A stretch of 64,000 nucleotides of DNA from Parcubacteria group bacterium GW2011_GWC1_36_108 (lineage in GTDB: Bacteria; Patescibacteriota; Minisyncoccia; Moranbacterales; GWC2-37-73), in NCBI GenBank assembly GCA_000991245.1, contig LBRD01000003.1, positions 6,734 to 70,733 on the forward strand, in the 5' to 3' direction. Positions 26,843 through 36,627 of this stretch are shown one piece after another (positions within the stretch are counted from its first letter, which is position 1; every line of letters begins with the position of its first letter). A program made the position numbers and the translations under genes. Under the pieces are notes generated by a model that saw nothing but the letters and a program-made list of their open reading frames with translations, had not been told where the DNA came from and did no database searches.

Positions 26843-27967
26843 TTATGATCGCTTATTATTTATAGCCTTCTCTATCTCACTTAAATATATCTGTGAAATT
26901 CTTTTCCATTGATAATTTTCAATAACGAAATCGCGAACTTTTTGACCATATGTTTCGCGAGGACTTCCATTTGTGAAAAGCTCGTTGATTTTTTGAACAT
27001 AAGCTTCGGCATTTTCTGATTCAACCAAAAATCCATTTTTACCTTCCTTGATGGCATCTTTCAATCCTTCCATATTAGAAGCGAGTACAGGCAGGCGACA
27101 GGCGCCAGCTTCAATAACGGAGATGCCGAATCCTTCCATATCGCCAGCAATTTTGATGTTTGGTTGCACAAAAAGATCTGCAGTTGCCCAAAGAATGTTC
27201 CGATCTTCGTCTGGAATATATCCAAGCATTGCTACACGATTTTCAAGGCGATTGTTTTTAATCGCTTGGCTTATGTTTTCCTTGTCAGGGCCAGCGCCTG
27301 CAACAACGTATAAAAAGTTTTCATCCAGTTTTGGCATCACATTTGAAATAAACCACGCCACACCTTTTCTTTTGGCGAGTCTCCCGGAAGTCATTAAAAC
27401 TTTTTTGTCTGCAGTCGATTTCCCAATGATTTTCTCAAGATCAGTTTGCGTCGCTTGGACAAGATGTTTTTCAGTGTCGACTCCGTTAGGAATGAAAACA
27501 AATTTTTCTGCAGGAATATTTTTTTCTATGCCAACTTTTATAGTCTCATTGCCAACGGCGATTAATTTATCAAAGCTTTTAATGAAAACACCAATCCAAA
27601 AGGTTTGATATAATTTAATAAGAATTTTCTCATACCAGACGCCAAGGGAGGATGATCCATAATTTATATCTAGTCCGTGCACTACACACAATGTTGGTTT
27701 CTTATAAAACAATTTTATAATCCAACTTAAAATTGCTAGGGTACCATCTCCAATGAGCAGTGCATCATATCTTGGCATCAAAAATAATGCCCGTAGTAGT
27801 GCATAGGGTGCAAAAACAGGAAGAAATTTTCGTCCTCTAGTGTTGGCAATAATTTTTATTTCTGCAATTTCTCCTAGCCATGTTGCTAGTTCATAATTTT
27901 GGTTTTCAATGCCGCCAACAGTTGGAGGATAAGCCCTTGAAATGAAGAGTATTTTTAGATTATTCAT
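26843..27967 (-). CDS. GT4 (group 1) glycosyltransferase
   Basis: Start at MNNLKILFISRAYPPTVGGIE. EGFGISVIEAGACRLPVLASNMEGLKDAIKEGKNG. Confidence 0.85.
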   Translation of the reverse strand: MNNLKILFISRAYPPTVGGIENQNYELATWLGEIAEIKIIANTRGRKFLPVFAPYALLRALFLMPRYDALLIGDGTLAILSWIIKLFYKKPTLCVVHGLDINYGSSSLGVWYEKILIKLYQTFWIGVFIKSFDKLIAVGNETIKVGIEKNIPAEKFVFIPNGVDTEKHLVQATQTDLEKIIGKSTADKKVLMTSGRLAKRKGVAWFISNVMPKLDENFLYVVAGAGPDKENISQAIKNNRLENRVAMLGYIPDEDRNILWATADLFVQPNIKIAGDMEGFGISVIEAGACRLPVLASNMEGLKDAIKEGKNGFLVESENAEAYVQKINELFTNGSPRETYGQKVRDFVIENYQWKRISQIYLSEIEKAINNKRS

Positions 27968-28064
27968 ATACCTTATTCTAGCGCAAAAACAAATTAATTT
28001 CAACCTATTATAAAGAAAAAATGTCATAAGACATTTTTTCTAAAAAACGTAATTTTTTGTGTTT

Positions 28065-29015
28065 TTATCTCTTGTATTTTTCGACTTTCATCATATACAT
28101 CTGATCCTCAGTAAGTTTTCTGCTGGATTTGATCATATCAGCGATAAGTGCAAAAACCAAGAACTGAAGGCCAATAAGAAAACTTGAAATTGAAAAAATT
28201 AAATAATTGCGGTAAGGAGATATTTTGAATTCTTGAAAATATAACATTATGAAATATCCAAATACCGCTAAAGAGATGATTATTAAGAATAATCCAGGAA
28301 CACCAAAAAATTTCATTGGGCGCACATCGCGCACAGCCTTGAGAATTATTTTTGCGCTGTTGTTTACATATTTATAAATGCTGCGAACAACGCGAGATTT
28401 TCTTCCTTCAAAGTAAGTAACCTCCACTGGAATCCATTTAATTTTTAAATTTTTTCCAAGCGCATCAATAATAACTTCTTGTGTGTAAGTGAAAGCACCC
28501 GGAAGGTTTAATCGTAGCAATGTCTCTTTGTTATAACCGCGAAAACCACAAGTAAGATCCTTGATTGGATAATTCATAAACCAGCCTATGATCCAAGCGG
28601 CGAAACGGTTTAGATAATATTTGGCAGCCGGCATGTTTTTGGCTTTGTGCTTGCCAAAACGATCAGCGCTGGTCATATCAACCTCGCCATTTAAAATAGG
28701 TTCAATTATTTTTGAAATATCATTGGGATTGAATTGTCCGTCAGCGTCAATATTTACCATTATGTCAGCTCCATTTTCGAGAGCTTTTTCGGTGGCTGTT
28801 CTGAATGTTATGCCTAGTCCACGATTTACTTTATGTGAAAAAACAAAATCAGCTCCAGCTTCTTTTGCCTTTGTGGCTGTTTGATCTTTTGAGCCATCAT
28901 CAATAACCTGAACCAAAACCTCATCGATACCCTTGATTGTGCGTGGAATGCTTTTAATGGTTTCTGCAATTTTTTCTTCTTCATTAAATGCTGGAAGGTT
29001 TACAATCAGTCTCAT
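28065..29015 (-). CDS. GT2 polyprenyl-phosphate glycosyltransferase (DPM1/ArnC-like), second copy
   Basis: LIVNLPAFNEEEKI, VIDDGSKDQT, NIDADGQFNP, and two C-terminal TM helices. Confidence 0.85.
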   Translation of the reverse strand: MRLIVNLPAFNEEEKIAETIKSIPRTIKGIDEVLVQVIDDGSKDQTATKAKEAGADFVFSHKVNRGLGITFRTATEKALENGADIMVNIDADGQFNPNDISKIIEPILNGEVDMTSADRFGKHKAKNMPAAKYYLNRFAAWIIGWFMNYPIKDLTCGFRGYNKETLLRLNLPGAFTYTQEVIIDALGKNLKIKWIPVEVTYFEGRKSRVVRSIYKYVNNSAKIILKAVRDVRPMKFFGVPGLFLIIISLAVFGYFIMLYFQEFKISPYRNYLIFSISSFLIGLQFLVFALIADMIKSSRKLTEDQMYMMKVEKYKR

Positions 29016-29016
29016 A

Positions 29017-29247
29017 CTATTGTTTTTCGATTATTAATTTAGGATCAACACAATTGAGATCACATTTGGCATTCTGAGTTCCTTGTTTGATAAATTCTTT
29101 TGAACAATCGTTTAATTTCTGTTGACAAACAGATTTGCTTTCATTGAAATAATTCAAATTAACTTCATATCCAAAATAGGGAAGCGTGAAATATGCGACA
29201 ACTGCGATTCCTGCGAGCCAGATTGCAAATTTAATGAGATGAAACAT
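29017..29247 (-). CDS. Small membrane protein with Cys-rich C-terminus
   Basis: 76 aa, one TM helix, C-terminal CQQKLNDC...CDLNC. Start overlaps the stop of the GT2 gene (operonic). Confidence 0.45.
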   Translation of the reverse strand: MFHLIKFAIWLAGIAVVAYFTLPYFGYEVNLNYFNESKSVCQQKLNDCSKEFIKQGTQNAKCDLNCVDPKLIIEKQ

Positions 29248-29257
29248 AGAAAAGTCA

Positions 29258-29342
29258 AAAAGTTTTTAAGGTTCTTAAGGTTTTTAAAGTATAAGCAGGT
29301 GTATGCCTTATGAACTTTATAACTTTATGAACTTTATAACTT
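29258..29342. repeat. YATAAAGTT nonamer array, copy 5, palindromic
   Basis: agtttttaaggttcttaaggtttttaaagtataag / cttatgaactttataactttatgaactttataac. Confidence 0.6.
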
Positions 29343-29349
29343 GTTTTTA

Positions 29350-30633
29350 TTATCGTCCGATTCCTTTATAGATTATACCACGTTTTTGAATTTCAGCCTT
29401 ATCGAGACAATTTTTTCCGTCAGTGATAACTTTGATGTTATTTTGTACAAATTTTTCAACAGGAATATCAATAAATTCTTGATGATTGGTAGCAAGTAGG
29501 ACAGCTTCACTTTTTTCCAATAGATCATCAATATTCTTAGCACTTGACATTGCAGGTACGAAAGGATCAAAGGTAACAACCTTGGCTCCATTTTTTTCCA
29601 AAAGCTTAATCAGTTCAAATGAAGGACTTTCTCTGAGGTCTCCAACGTTGGCTTTGTATGATAATCCTAATACTCCAACAGTTGTTCCTTTGAGAGATTT
29701 TTCAATTTCATTAAGTTGATCTTGCAAAAGTTCGATTGTGTATTCCGGCATACTGTTGTTTATTTTTCTGGCAGCTCGCAAAAACACGTGGTCGAAATCG
29801 TTTTCTTTGGCTTTTTCAATTAGGTAATATGGATCAACTGGAATGCAGTGACCACCAACTCCGCAGCTTGGCCAGTGTGCCAAAAATGAAAACGGTTTGG
29901 TGGATGCACCTTTAATCACGTTGGTAACATCTATATCCATTCGCTCAAAAGACCTGGCCAACTCATTTACAAAGGCAATATTGATATCACGGAAAGAGTT
30001 TTCGGTAATTTTCACAGCTTCTGCTTCTCGGATTGTTGCCATTGGCATAATTGGGGCATCCACAATGCTTTCATAAAACTCTTGTGAACGTTTCAAGCCA
30101 ATTTCATCAAAAGATCCAACCACACGCGGAATGTTTGAAACATTCCATTTTGGATCGCCGGGATTAACACGCTCTGGGCAGTGTGAAATAAAAACATCCT
30201 TACCAACTTCATAGCCTGCTTTTTCAAAAATTGGTTTGACGACTTCCTCACTAACTCCGGGATTGACGGTTGATTCAAGAATGACAAGCGAACCCTTCTT
30301 CATATTCTTAGCAACCGTTTCTGATGCACTTATAACTGGACTAAGATCTGGAAAATATTTATCATCTACTGGGGTTGGAACACATATGATATGGATATCA
30401 CACTGCGACATTAATTTTGGATCGCTGAAAACGTTTATTTTGACCTTTGGTAAGAGTTCCTCTAAAAATTCCTCCTTAAAAGGGGATATGCCTTGCTTGA
30501 TTAAATCTAATTTTTTCTGGTCATTATCAAAACCATATACTTCGTAACCCTTATTTGCGGCAACTGCGGCTAATGGTAAGCCCACATACCCCATTCCAAC
30601 AACGCACACTACTGGTTTTTCATTTTGATTCAT
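29350..30633 (-). CDS. Nucleotide-sugar dehydrogenase (UDP-N-acetyl-D-mannosamine/UDP-GlcNAc 6-dehydrogenase-like, WecC/WbpA type)
   Basis: VVCVVGMGYVGLPLAAVAANKGYEVYGFD, GGHCIP, and C-terminal UDP-binding domain. 427 aa. Confidence 0.85.
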   Translation of the reverse strand: MNQNEKPVVCVVGMGYVGLPLAAVAANKGYEVYGFDNDQKKLDLIKQGISPFKEEFLEELLPKVKINVFSDPKLMSQCDIHIICVPTPVDDKYFPDLSPVISASETVAKNMKKGSLVILESTVNPGVSEEVVKPIFEKAGYEVGKDVFISHCPERVNPGDPKWNVSNIPRVVGSFDEIGLKRSQEFYESIVDAPIMPMATIREAEAVKITENSFRDINIAFVNELARSFERMDIDVTNVIKGASTKPFSFLAHWPSCGVGGHCIPVDPYYLIEKAKENDFDHVFLRAARKINNSMPEYTIELLQDQLNEIEKSLKGTTVGVLGLSYKANVGDLRESPSFELIKLLEKNGAKVVTFDPFVPAMSSAKNIDDLLEKSEAVLLATNHQEFIDIPVEKFVQNNIKVITDGKNCLDKAEIQKRGIIYKGIGR

Positions 30634-30727
30634 ATTTTTTTGAAATTAAAAAATTTTTTTATTACATAGGCAAAAAAGCCAATGTGTATAGTATATCTTT
30701 CTATAGAAATTAGGTCAATTGTGATAG

Positions 30728-30839
30728 GGTTGACCCCGTTAGAGATTTCACATTTATTGTTTAGTTTGAATATTGTACTTTATCTCTCAAAATAGACATA
30801 TTATTTGAGTTTACTTTTGAAATCTCTAACGGGGTTGAC
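30728..30839. promoter_or_regulatory. Perfect 22-bp inverted repeat (gttgaccccgttagagatttca ... tgaaatctctaacggggttgac) separated by ~68 bp; right arm overlaps a -35 box
   Basis: Arms at 30728-30749 and 30818-30839, read directly from the sequence. Confidence 0.6.
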
Positions 30840-30863
30840 AAAAGTGCTATTTGGGTGTATAAT
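30835..30863 (+). promoter_or_regulatory. Consensus sigma70-type promoter TTGACA-17-TATAAT
   Basis: ttgaca (30835-30840), 17-bp spacer, tataat (30858-30863). Lies 28 nt upstream of the ATG at 30891. Confidence 0.6.
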
Positions 30864-30890
30864 AGATTGTTAATTTGTAAGTACAAAATT

Positions 30891-31028
30891 ATGCATAGAC
30901 AGCACCATAAAATGCACAAAGAGGAAATTATTTTCCATTTAATAGTCCCTGTGGTTATATTCGCGACAGTTGCGGCAATGGGATATTATGTGGTTATGCT
31001 TGTTACTGATATTATGAAAATGGCATAA
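30891..31028 (+). CDS. Small (45 aa) His-rich/hydrophobic membrane peptide
   Basis: MHRQHHKMHKEEIIFHLIVPVVIFATVAAMGYYVVMLVTDIMKMA. Not in the ORF track (<60 aa). Driven by the consensus promoter, followed by a terminator. Confidence 0.45.
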   Translation: MHRQHHKMHKEEIIFHLIVPVVIFATVAAMGYYVVMLVTDIMKMA

Positions 31029-31045
31029 AGATTCAAAAAATTTAA

Positions 31046-31082
31046 AGACACTGGTTGCTGTTTGGCGATTAGTGTCTTTTTT
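31046..31082 (+). terminator. Rho-independent terminator
   Basis: agacactggttgctgtttggcgattagtgtcttttttgtt (7-bp stem plus T-run). Confidence 0.6.
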
Positions 31083-31096
31083 GTTATACTTACAAC

Positions 31097-32311
31097 ATGA
31101 TTAAAGTAGGAATAAATGCGTCATTTTTGCGCAAACAAAATACGGGGATAGGGCAAGTAAACATCAATTTTATTAAAAAATTGATGGAATTTCGAATTCC
31201 TGCCCGAAATGCTTCGCATAACGAAGCAGGCGGGTCGAATTTTGAATTTCTAAACAATAAGGAAGTTGAGTTTGTTTTGTATCTTGAAGAAGATGTTGAT
31301 TTAGATTTGCCGGATGGGTTCAGTAAAAAAGTTTTTTTGCCTGTATATAAGAGGGATGATTTGATACGTAAAATTTGGTGGGAAATGTTTTCACTCCCGA
31401 GAATTGCAAAAAGGGATAAATGTGATGTTTTTCTTAGTCTTTATCAGTCGCCAACAGTAATGCCAAAGAAAATAAAGCATATTATTGTTGCGCATGATAT
31501 TATTCCAAAACTTTTTCCAGAATATTTAAATAATTGGCGAAAAAAGATTTACCAATGGCTCATAGAACGAGCTATGAAAAAAGCTAATAAAATTATTGCG
31601 GTTTCGCATCGCACAGAAAAAGATTTGATTGCTCACTTAGAAATTGATGCCAAGAAAATTACAGTTTGCCATGTTGATGTGGATGAGATTTATAAAAAAG
31701 AAATTTCAGAAAAAGAAAGTCAGCGCGTTTTGAAAAAATATAATTTAGAAGCGGGATATATTTATTCCGGAGGGGGATTGGAAGTTAGAAAAAACACGGA
31801 GAATGTCCTTAGAGCCTATAAGATTTTGTTTGAAGCCTATGGTCATGCTAGTTGGCTTCCGAAAGTTGTTGTTTCTGGAAAAATGATGCCGCAGCTTGCT
31901 CCGTTGGTTACTGATGTTGAAGCTGTTGTGAAAGGTCTTGAACTCGAAAGCGAAGTTTCCTTATTGGATTTTGTACCGCAGGAAGATTTGCCGGCGCTAT
32001 ATAAAAATGCCAAAGTTTTTGTGTATCCATCATTATATGAGGGATTTGGACTTCCCGTTTTGGAAGCAATGAGTCAGGGCACTCCCGTGATAACATCAAA
32101 AACATCTTCACTGCCTGAGATTGGTAGTGACAGTGTTGTTTATTGCGACCCAAAGAGTGTGGACGACCTGGCGATGGTGATGAAGAATGTTTTGATGAGT
32201 AATCATTTGCTCAGTTCACTTTCAATAAAAGGCAAAGAGCGTGCTACGCATTTTTCATGGGATAAGTTTACTGAAAAGATGATAAATATAATAATTGATT
32301 TGAAAAAATAG
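31097..32311 (+). CDS. GT4 (group 1) glycosyltransferase
   Basis: VFVYPSLYEGFGLPVLEAMSQGTPVITSKTSSLPEIG. Confidence 0.85.
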   Translation: MIKVGINASFLRKQNTGIGQVNINFIKKLMEFRIPARNASHNEAGGSNFEFLNNKEVEFVLYLEEDVDLDLPDGFSKKVFLPVYKRDDLIRKIWWEMFSLPRIAKRDKCDVFLSLYQSPTVMPKKIKHIIVAHDIIPKLFPEYLNNWRKKIYQWLIERAMKKANKIIAVSHRTEKDLIAHLEIDAKKITVCHVDVDEIYKKEISEKESQRVLKKYNLEAGYIYSGGGLEVRKNTENVLRAYKILFEAYGHASWLPKVVVSGKMMPQLAPLVTDVEAVVKGLELESEVSLLDFVPQEDLPALYKNAKVFVYPSLYEGFGLPVLEAMSQGTPVITSKTSSLPEIGSDSVVYCDPKSVDDLAMVMKNVLMSNHLLSSLSIKGKERATHFSWDKFTEKMINIIIDLKK

Positions 32312-32461
32312 TGTTGCGTGTTTAAAATTCCGTACAAATATATATTTTTTGTTTGCCTTTCCCTCGCCAGCCAAGGAAAAAACATGGCATCGGCCGGACT
32401 GCACAAAAAATAATATTTGTACGAAATTTTAAAAGTTATTATCAAGCGACAATAAAAAGAT

Positions 32462-34165
32462 ATGCCAATCATTAAACAAATTTTGGATCAAATTTTTAAA
32501 AATCCAACAAAGCTGTATCTCATTTTGGCCAATGTTGTTTTGGTTTCTTTTGCTATTTGGTTTTCAAATGTTGGACTTTTGCCGTTTAAAAACTTTGGAG
32601 ACTTTGCAGTTTTTGCAGTGTTGACTTTGATTTTGGGATTGTATCGTCCTGGTTGGACATTTCTTTTTTTTGTGGGAGCATTGGCCTTGAAGAATATTAA
32701 TCTTGTGCCAAAGGAGATTGGTTTGTCACTCAGACCATATCAATTTTTTGGGTTCATCACGATAATCGCGCTCTTGGTTCAGACTTTGTCAAAACGTCTT
32801 GCATTTTCATTGCCAAAATTTGCTTGGTATGACGCAATGCCTGTTGTTTTTGCTGTGGCTGGTTTTTTGAGCGCCTTGGGTGCAACAAACAAAGGGATGA
32901 GTTTCAAACAATCAATAATCGCTCTTACATTTGTCGCTTTGTATTTTTTAACCAGGATTTATGTGCAATCTTTTGATGATGCGAAACGCGTTCTGCCATT
33001 TTTTCTGAGCAGTGGATTGGTAGTGATGATATATTCTATTTGGCAAAATATCAGATTTTTAACTGGTGGAAATTCTTTTGAGGTAATGCCCGGCAGACCC
33101 AATGGAACTTTTACCGAGGCTGACTGGCTAGGAATATTTGTCACTTTTATTTTAGCTGTTTTATTAACAATATTGTATGCGCTTAATAGAAATTATATAA
33201 AAGATAGTGCTGGTCAAATTTCCAATTTCCAATTTCCAATTTCCAATAAATTCTTAAATTTACAAATTTTTAAAAAAGTAAGTGCTTATGTTTTTATTAC
33301 ACTTACGTTAATAACACTCATTCTGACTGTTTCTCGTAGTGCTTGGGTGGGGGCGGTGTTTGTGGCGGTTGTTTTTCTTAAATTTGTTCTCCTTGGAAAT
33401 TATGCGGAGCTTGGAGAAGGAGATCGAAGTAAATGGAAAAGATTGCTAAACATTTTGAAAATGCAAAAGTGGCAATGGAAAAAAGCCGGAACTCAGCTGC
33501 TGTTTGTTTTGCTTGCACTTGCTGTTGCACTTGCAATTGCAATGCCTCTGACACGTTTTCAATTGGCAAGCAGAGCAGCGAGCACAGCAGGATTTCAGAA
33601 AATAACGGTTGCGTGTCATAGTAGCGCTGACAATATTGTACCGCAAAAAATTCTCAGTGTTGATGAATTGGGAGGCTATGGTTGCAGACACATTAATCTG
33701 GAAGATATTGAAAAAGAAAAAGCTCTTGGCAATATGGTTATTGAAGTTGACAGGCCTGATCCAAATGTGAACATTCGCGCTGAAATTTATCAAAAATCTT
33801 GGCAGCAAATAAAATCACATCCTGTTTTTGGAATTGGGTGGGGAAGCATCTCGCAAGTTTTAGGCACAGACGAGCGTGGTGCGGGACTTAATGCGAGCAA
33901 TATCTTTTTGGAAGTCTGGCTGGGAAGTGGACTGCTTGGAATATTGTCGTTTGTGGTATTGCTTGGATATATTCTTGTATCATCAATCGGTGTGTTTTTG
34001 GATAATGGTAATAAGAATAAAAATGGTGCAGCACTTCTTTTTGTGATGGCCGGCTGGGCGGCTGTTGTTTTTCCAAATCTTTTTAATTCCGGAATATTCT
34101 TAGGATTCGTCTGGGTGTATTTAGGAGTAGCGGTGAGCTTATTACGAAATCATAAAAACATATAA
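32462..34165 (+). CDS. O-antigen ligase/polymerase-like (Wzy_C domain) polytopic membrane protein
   Basis: 567 aa, ≥12 TM helices. LTVSRSAWVGAVFVAVVFL matches the O-antigen-ligase (Wzy_C) signature, with an extracytoplasmic loop after it. Contains an in-frame tccaatt x3 tandem (ISNFQFPISNK). Confidence 0.65.
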   Translation: MPIIKQILDQIFKNPTKLYLILANVVLVSFAIWFSNVGLLPFKNFGDFAVFAVLTLILGLYRPGWTFLFFVGALALKNINLVPKEIGLSLRPYQFFGFITIIALLVQTLSKRLAFSLPKFAWYDAMPVVFAVAGFLSALGATNKGMSFKQSIIALTFVALYFLTRIYVQSFDDAKRVLPFFLSSGLVVMIYSIWQNIRFLTGGNSFEVMPGRPNGTFTEADWLGIFVTFILAVLLTILYALNRNYIKDSAGQISNFQFPISNKFLNLQIFKKVSAYVFITLTLITLILTVSRSAWVGAVFVAVVFLKFVLLGNYAELGEGDRSKWKRLLNILKMQKWQWKKAGTQLLFVLLALAVALAIAMPLTRFQLASRAASTAGFQKITVACHSSADNIVPQKILSVDELGGYGCRHINLEDIEKEKALGNMVIEVDRPDPNVNIRAEIYQKSWQQIKSHPVFGIGWGSISQVLGTDERGAGLNASNIFLEVWLGSGLLGILSFVVLLGYILVSSIGVFLDNGNKNKNGAALLFVMAGWAAVVFPNLFNSGIFLGFVWVYLGVAVSLLRNHKNI

Positions 34166-34205
34166 TATAACATAAAACATGTAACAATAAATACAAGAAT
34201 GTTAC

Positions 34206-35372
34206 ATGCTATATGCTACATGCTTCATGGATATTGGAATCGACATTAGATTAATAGGGAAGAAGAGGACTGGCGATGAGGTGGTTGTTTTTAATTTGGT
34301 CAAGAACTTCGTACGGATAAATACGGATCACAAATTCAGACTTTTTACGGATGTTACAGATAAGGTGGTGCTTGAGAAAATCAGTGAGCAATTGGGAATT
34401 ATTGAAAGAGAAAATTTTGAAATTATTTCACTTCCAACCAAAAATAAATTCGTTTGGAATTTTTGGACGCTGCCAAAATATCTCAAAAAAAATCCGGTTG
34501 ATGTATATCACACGCAATACATCACACCGTTTTTTGTTTCAAGAAAAGTTAAGATTGTGACGATTGTGCACGACATTTCCTTTAATTTTTTTCCGCAGTT
34601 TATAAAATTTTCAGATTTATTTTTTTTGAAAACATTGATTCCGCTGAGTTTGAAACGCGCAGATAAAATTGTTGGTGTTTCGCAATTTACCAAAGATGAA
34701 ATTATTAAATATTATAAAGTTAATCCTGAAAAAGTTGAGTGGATTCACAATTCGATTAGTGATGAATTTGCAAAAACGATAGAGGCGCAAAATCTTGCGT
34801 CTGTGCGCGAAAAATATCACTTGCCTGAAAAATTCATTTTATATTTGGGCACTTTGCAGCCGCGAAAAAACGTTTCGCACCTAGTTTCCGCCTTTGCTCG
34901 TATTAAAGATAGTCTTGATGGCACAAAGCTTGTTATTTGTGGCAACATTGAAGGACACAATGCTGACAGTCAAATCAAGAAAAACGTGGTTAAGTTCAAT
35001 CTTGAGGAAGATGTGTTGTTTCCTGGTTTTATTGATGAACAAGACAAGGTGGCAGTTTTTGCTTTGGCGCATTCTTTTGTTTTTCCTTCATTGTATGAAG
35101 GATTTGGTATTCCTGTGCTTGAGGCGATGAGTCAAGGTGTGCCAGTGCTTTGCTCTGATATTCCAAGTTTGAAAGAAATTGCCGAGAATGGCGCATTATT
35201 CTTTGATTTGCAAGACCTTGATGATTTTTCAAAAAAGTTGTATGATATATCTATGAATTTGGACCTTCGAAGTGAGCTAATTCGATTGGGAAAACAGCGA
35301 GTTAGCTTTTTTTCTTGGGAAAAATCAGCACATAGGATGCTTGCAATTTATGAAAATATGCGGCATAATTAA
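34206..35372 (+). CDS. GT4 (group 1) glycosyltransferase
   Basis: FVFPSLYEGFGIPVLEAMSQGVPVLCSDIPSLKEIAENG. Confidence 0.85.
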   Translation: MLYATCFMDIGIDIRLIGKKRTGDEVVVFNLVKNFVRINTDHKFRLFTDVTDKVVLEKISEQLGIIERENFEIISLPTKNKFVWNFWTLPKYLKKNPVDVYHTQYITPFFVSRKVKIVTIVHDISFNFFPQFIKFSDLFFLKTLIPLSLKRADKIVGVSQFTKDEIIKYYKVNPEKVEWIHNSISDEFAKTIEAQNLASVREKYHLPEKFILYLGTLQPRKNVSHLVSAFARIKDSLDGTKLVICGNIEGHNADSQIKKNVVKFNLEEDVLFPGFIDEQDKVAVFALAHSFVFPSLYEGFGIPVLEAMSQGVPVLCSDIPSLKEIAENGALFFDLQDLDDFSKKLYDISMNLDLRSELIRLGKQRVSFFSWEKSAHRMLAIYENMRHN

Positions 35373-35419
35373 GCAGATTGTTTAGAAAATTTTAATTAAC
35401 GTAAAAAATAATATTTTGT

Positions 35420-36622
35420 ATGGAAAATGAACAGGGTTTTGGCCGAAATTCAAAGGCTGAATTGAAAAAAACAACTAAAAAAAGGTGGTTAAAGCCACTT
35501 CTTGTTATTATTGTCTTATTATTGCTTATTGGTGGTGTTTTTGCTTGGAAAGCAGGTAGCATTTTTGATAAAATTTCGACAGATGGTAATGTTTTTGGAA
35601 GTCTTACCCGTATGATTCCGGGTGTGGATAATGAATTGATAGGTGAAAAGGAGGGGAGAGTGAATATTTTGCTTTTGGGAATGCGAGGAGAGGAATTGAC
35701 CGGTGGTGGTCTTTTGGCTGACACCATTATGGTTGCAAGCATCGCACCTGCAGAAAACAAAATATCATTGTTTTCTTTGCCGCGAGATTTGTATGTTCAA
35801 AATCCCGGGACGGAATCAAGAAGCAAAATCAACGCCGTATATGCTTATGGCGAAGAAAAAAGAAAAGGAGGAGGAATGGAGGATATGAAAACAGTTGTTA
35901 GTGAGATTGTTGGTCAGCCAATCGGATATGCTTTGGCGATTAACTTTAAAGGCTTCACTGACTTGGTCAATGCTATTGATGGTGTGGAAGTTGATTTGAA
36001 GCAACCGTTTGAAGAGAATATGCAATTCAATGAAGAGCGTGCGTGTGATTCATATACTTTCACTAAGCCAACTGGAAAATTTGAAAATAAATATTACACC
36101 AGAAGTGAGGGAACTAAATATCTCGCAAAAAGTTATCCTCTTTGCACAAATCCAAATGTTGAATGTGGCGGCGATTTCAAATTGCCAGCCGGCAAGCAGA
36201 CTCTAAGTGGAGAGCAAGCTCTTTGCTACGCTCGTTCAAGAAAGACCTCAAGTGATTTTGAACGCGCAAAAAGACAACAACTTGTGATTCAGAAAATAAA
36301 AGAAAAAGCTCTTTCATTGGGAACATTGACTGATTTCAATAAGGTAAATGGAATAATTGATAGTCTTGGTAATAATGTTAGAACCGATATGCAAGCTTGG
36401 GAAATGAAACGTCTCTATGAAATTGAAAGAGGCCTGGAAAATCCGCAAATGGCTCAAAGAGTTTTGGAAAATTCAGAGGAAGGGTTGCTTTATAATCCTG
36501 AACAACGACCAGAAACGGGATACATTTTGCTTCCAATTGGTGATAACTATGACAAAATAAGAGAAGTGTTTAAGAATATTTTCACACTTCCTGCTCAGTC
36601 TGACATTGAACCAAAAGCATAA
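35420..36622 (+). CDS. LytR-CpsA-Psr (LCP) family glycopolymer phosphotransferase
   Basis: N-terminal TM anchor. NILLLGMRGEELTGGGLLADTIMVASIAPAENKISLFSLPRDLYV is the LCP core motif. Confidence 0.85.
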   Translation: MENEQGFGRNSKAELKKTTKKRWLKPLLVIIVLLLLIGGVFAWKAGSIFDKISTDGNVFGSLTRMIPGVDNELIGEKEGRVNILLLGMRGEELTGGGLLADTIMVASIAPAENKISLFSLPRDLYVQNPGTESRSKINAVYAYGEEKRKGGGMEDMKTVVSEIVGQPIGYALAINFKGFTDLVNAIDGVEVDLKQPFEENMQFNEERACDSYTFTKPTGKFENKYYTRSEGTKYLAKSYPLCTNPNVECGGDFKLPAGKQTLSGEQALCYARSRKTSSDFERAKRQQLVIQKIKEKALSLGTLTDFNKVNGIIDSLGNNVRTDMQAWEMKRLYEIERGLENPQMAQRVLENSEEGLLYNPEQRPETGYILLPIGDNYDKIREVFKNIFTLPAQSDIEPKA

Positions 36623-36627
36623 ACTTA

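Noticed and set aside
33222-33250. tccaatttccaatttccaatttccaat tandem repeat
   Set aside because: Short in-frame microsatellite inside the Wzy-like CDS (ISNFQFPISNK). Not a CRISPR array (no spacers, 8-bp unit).
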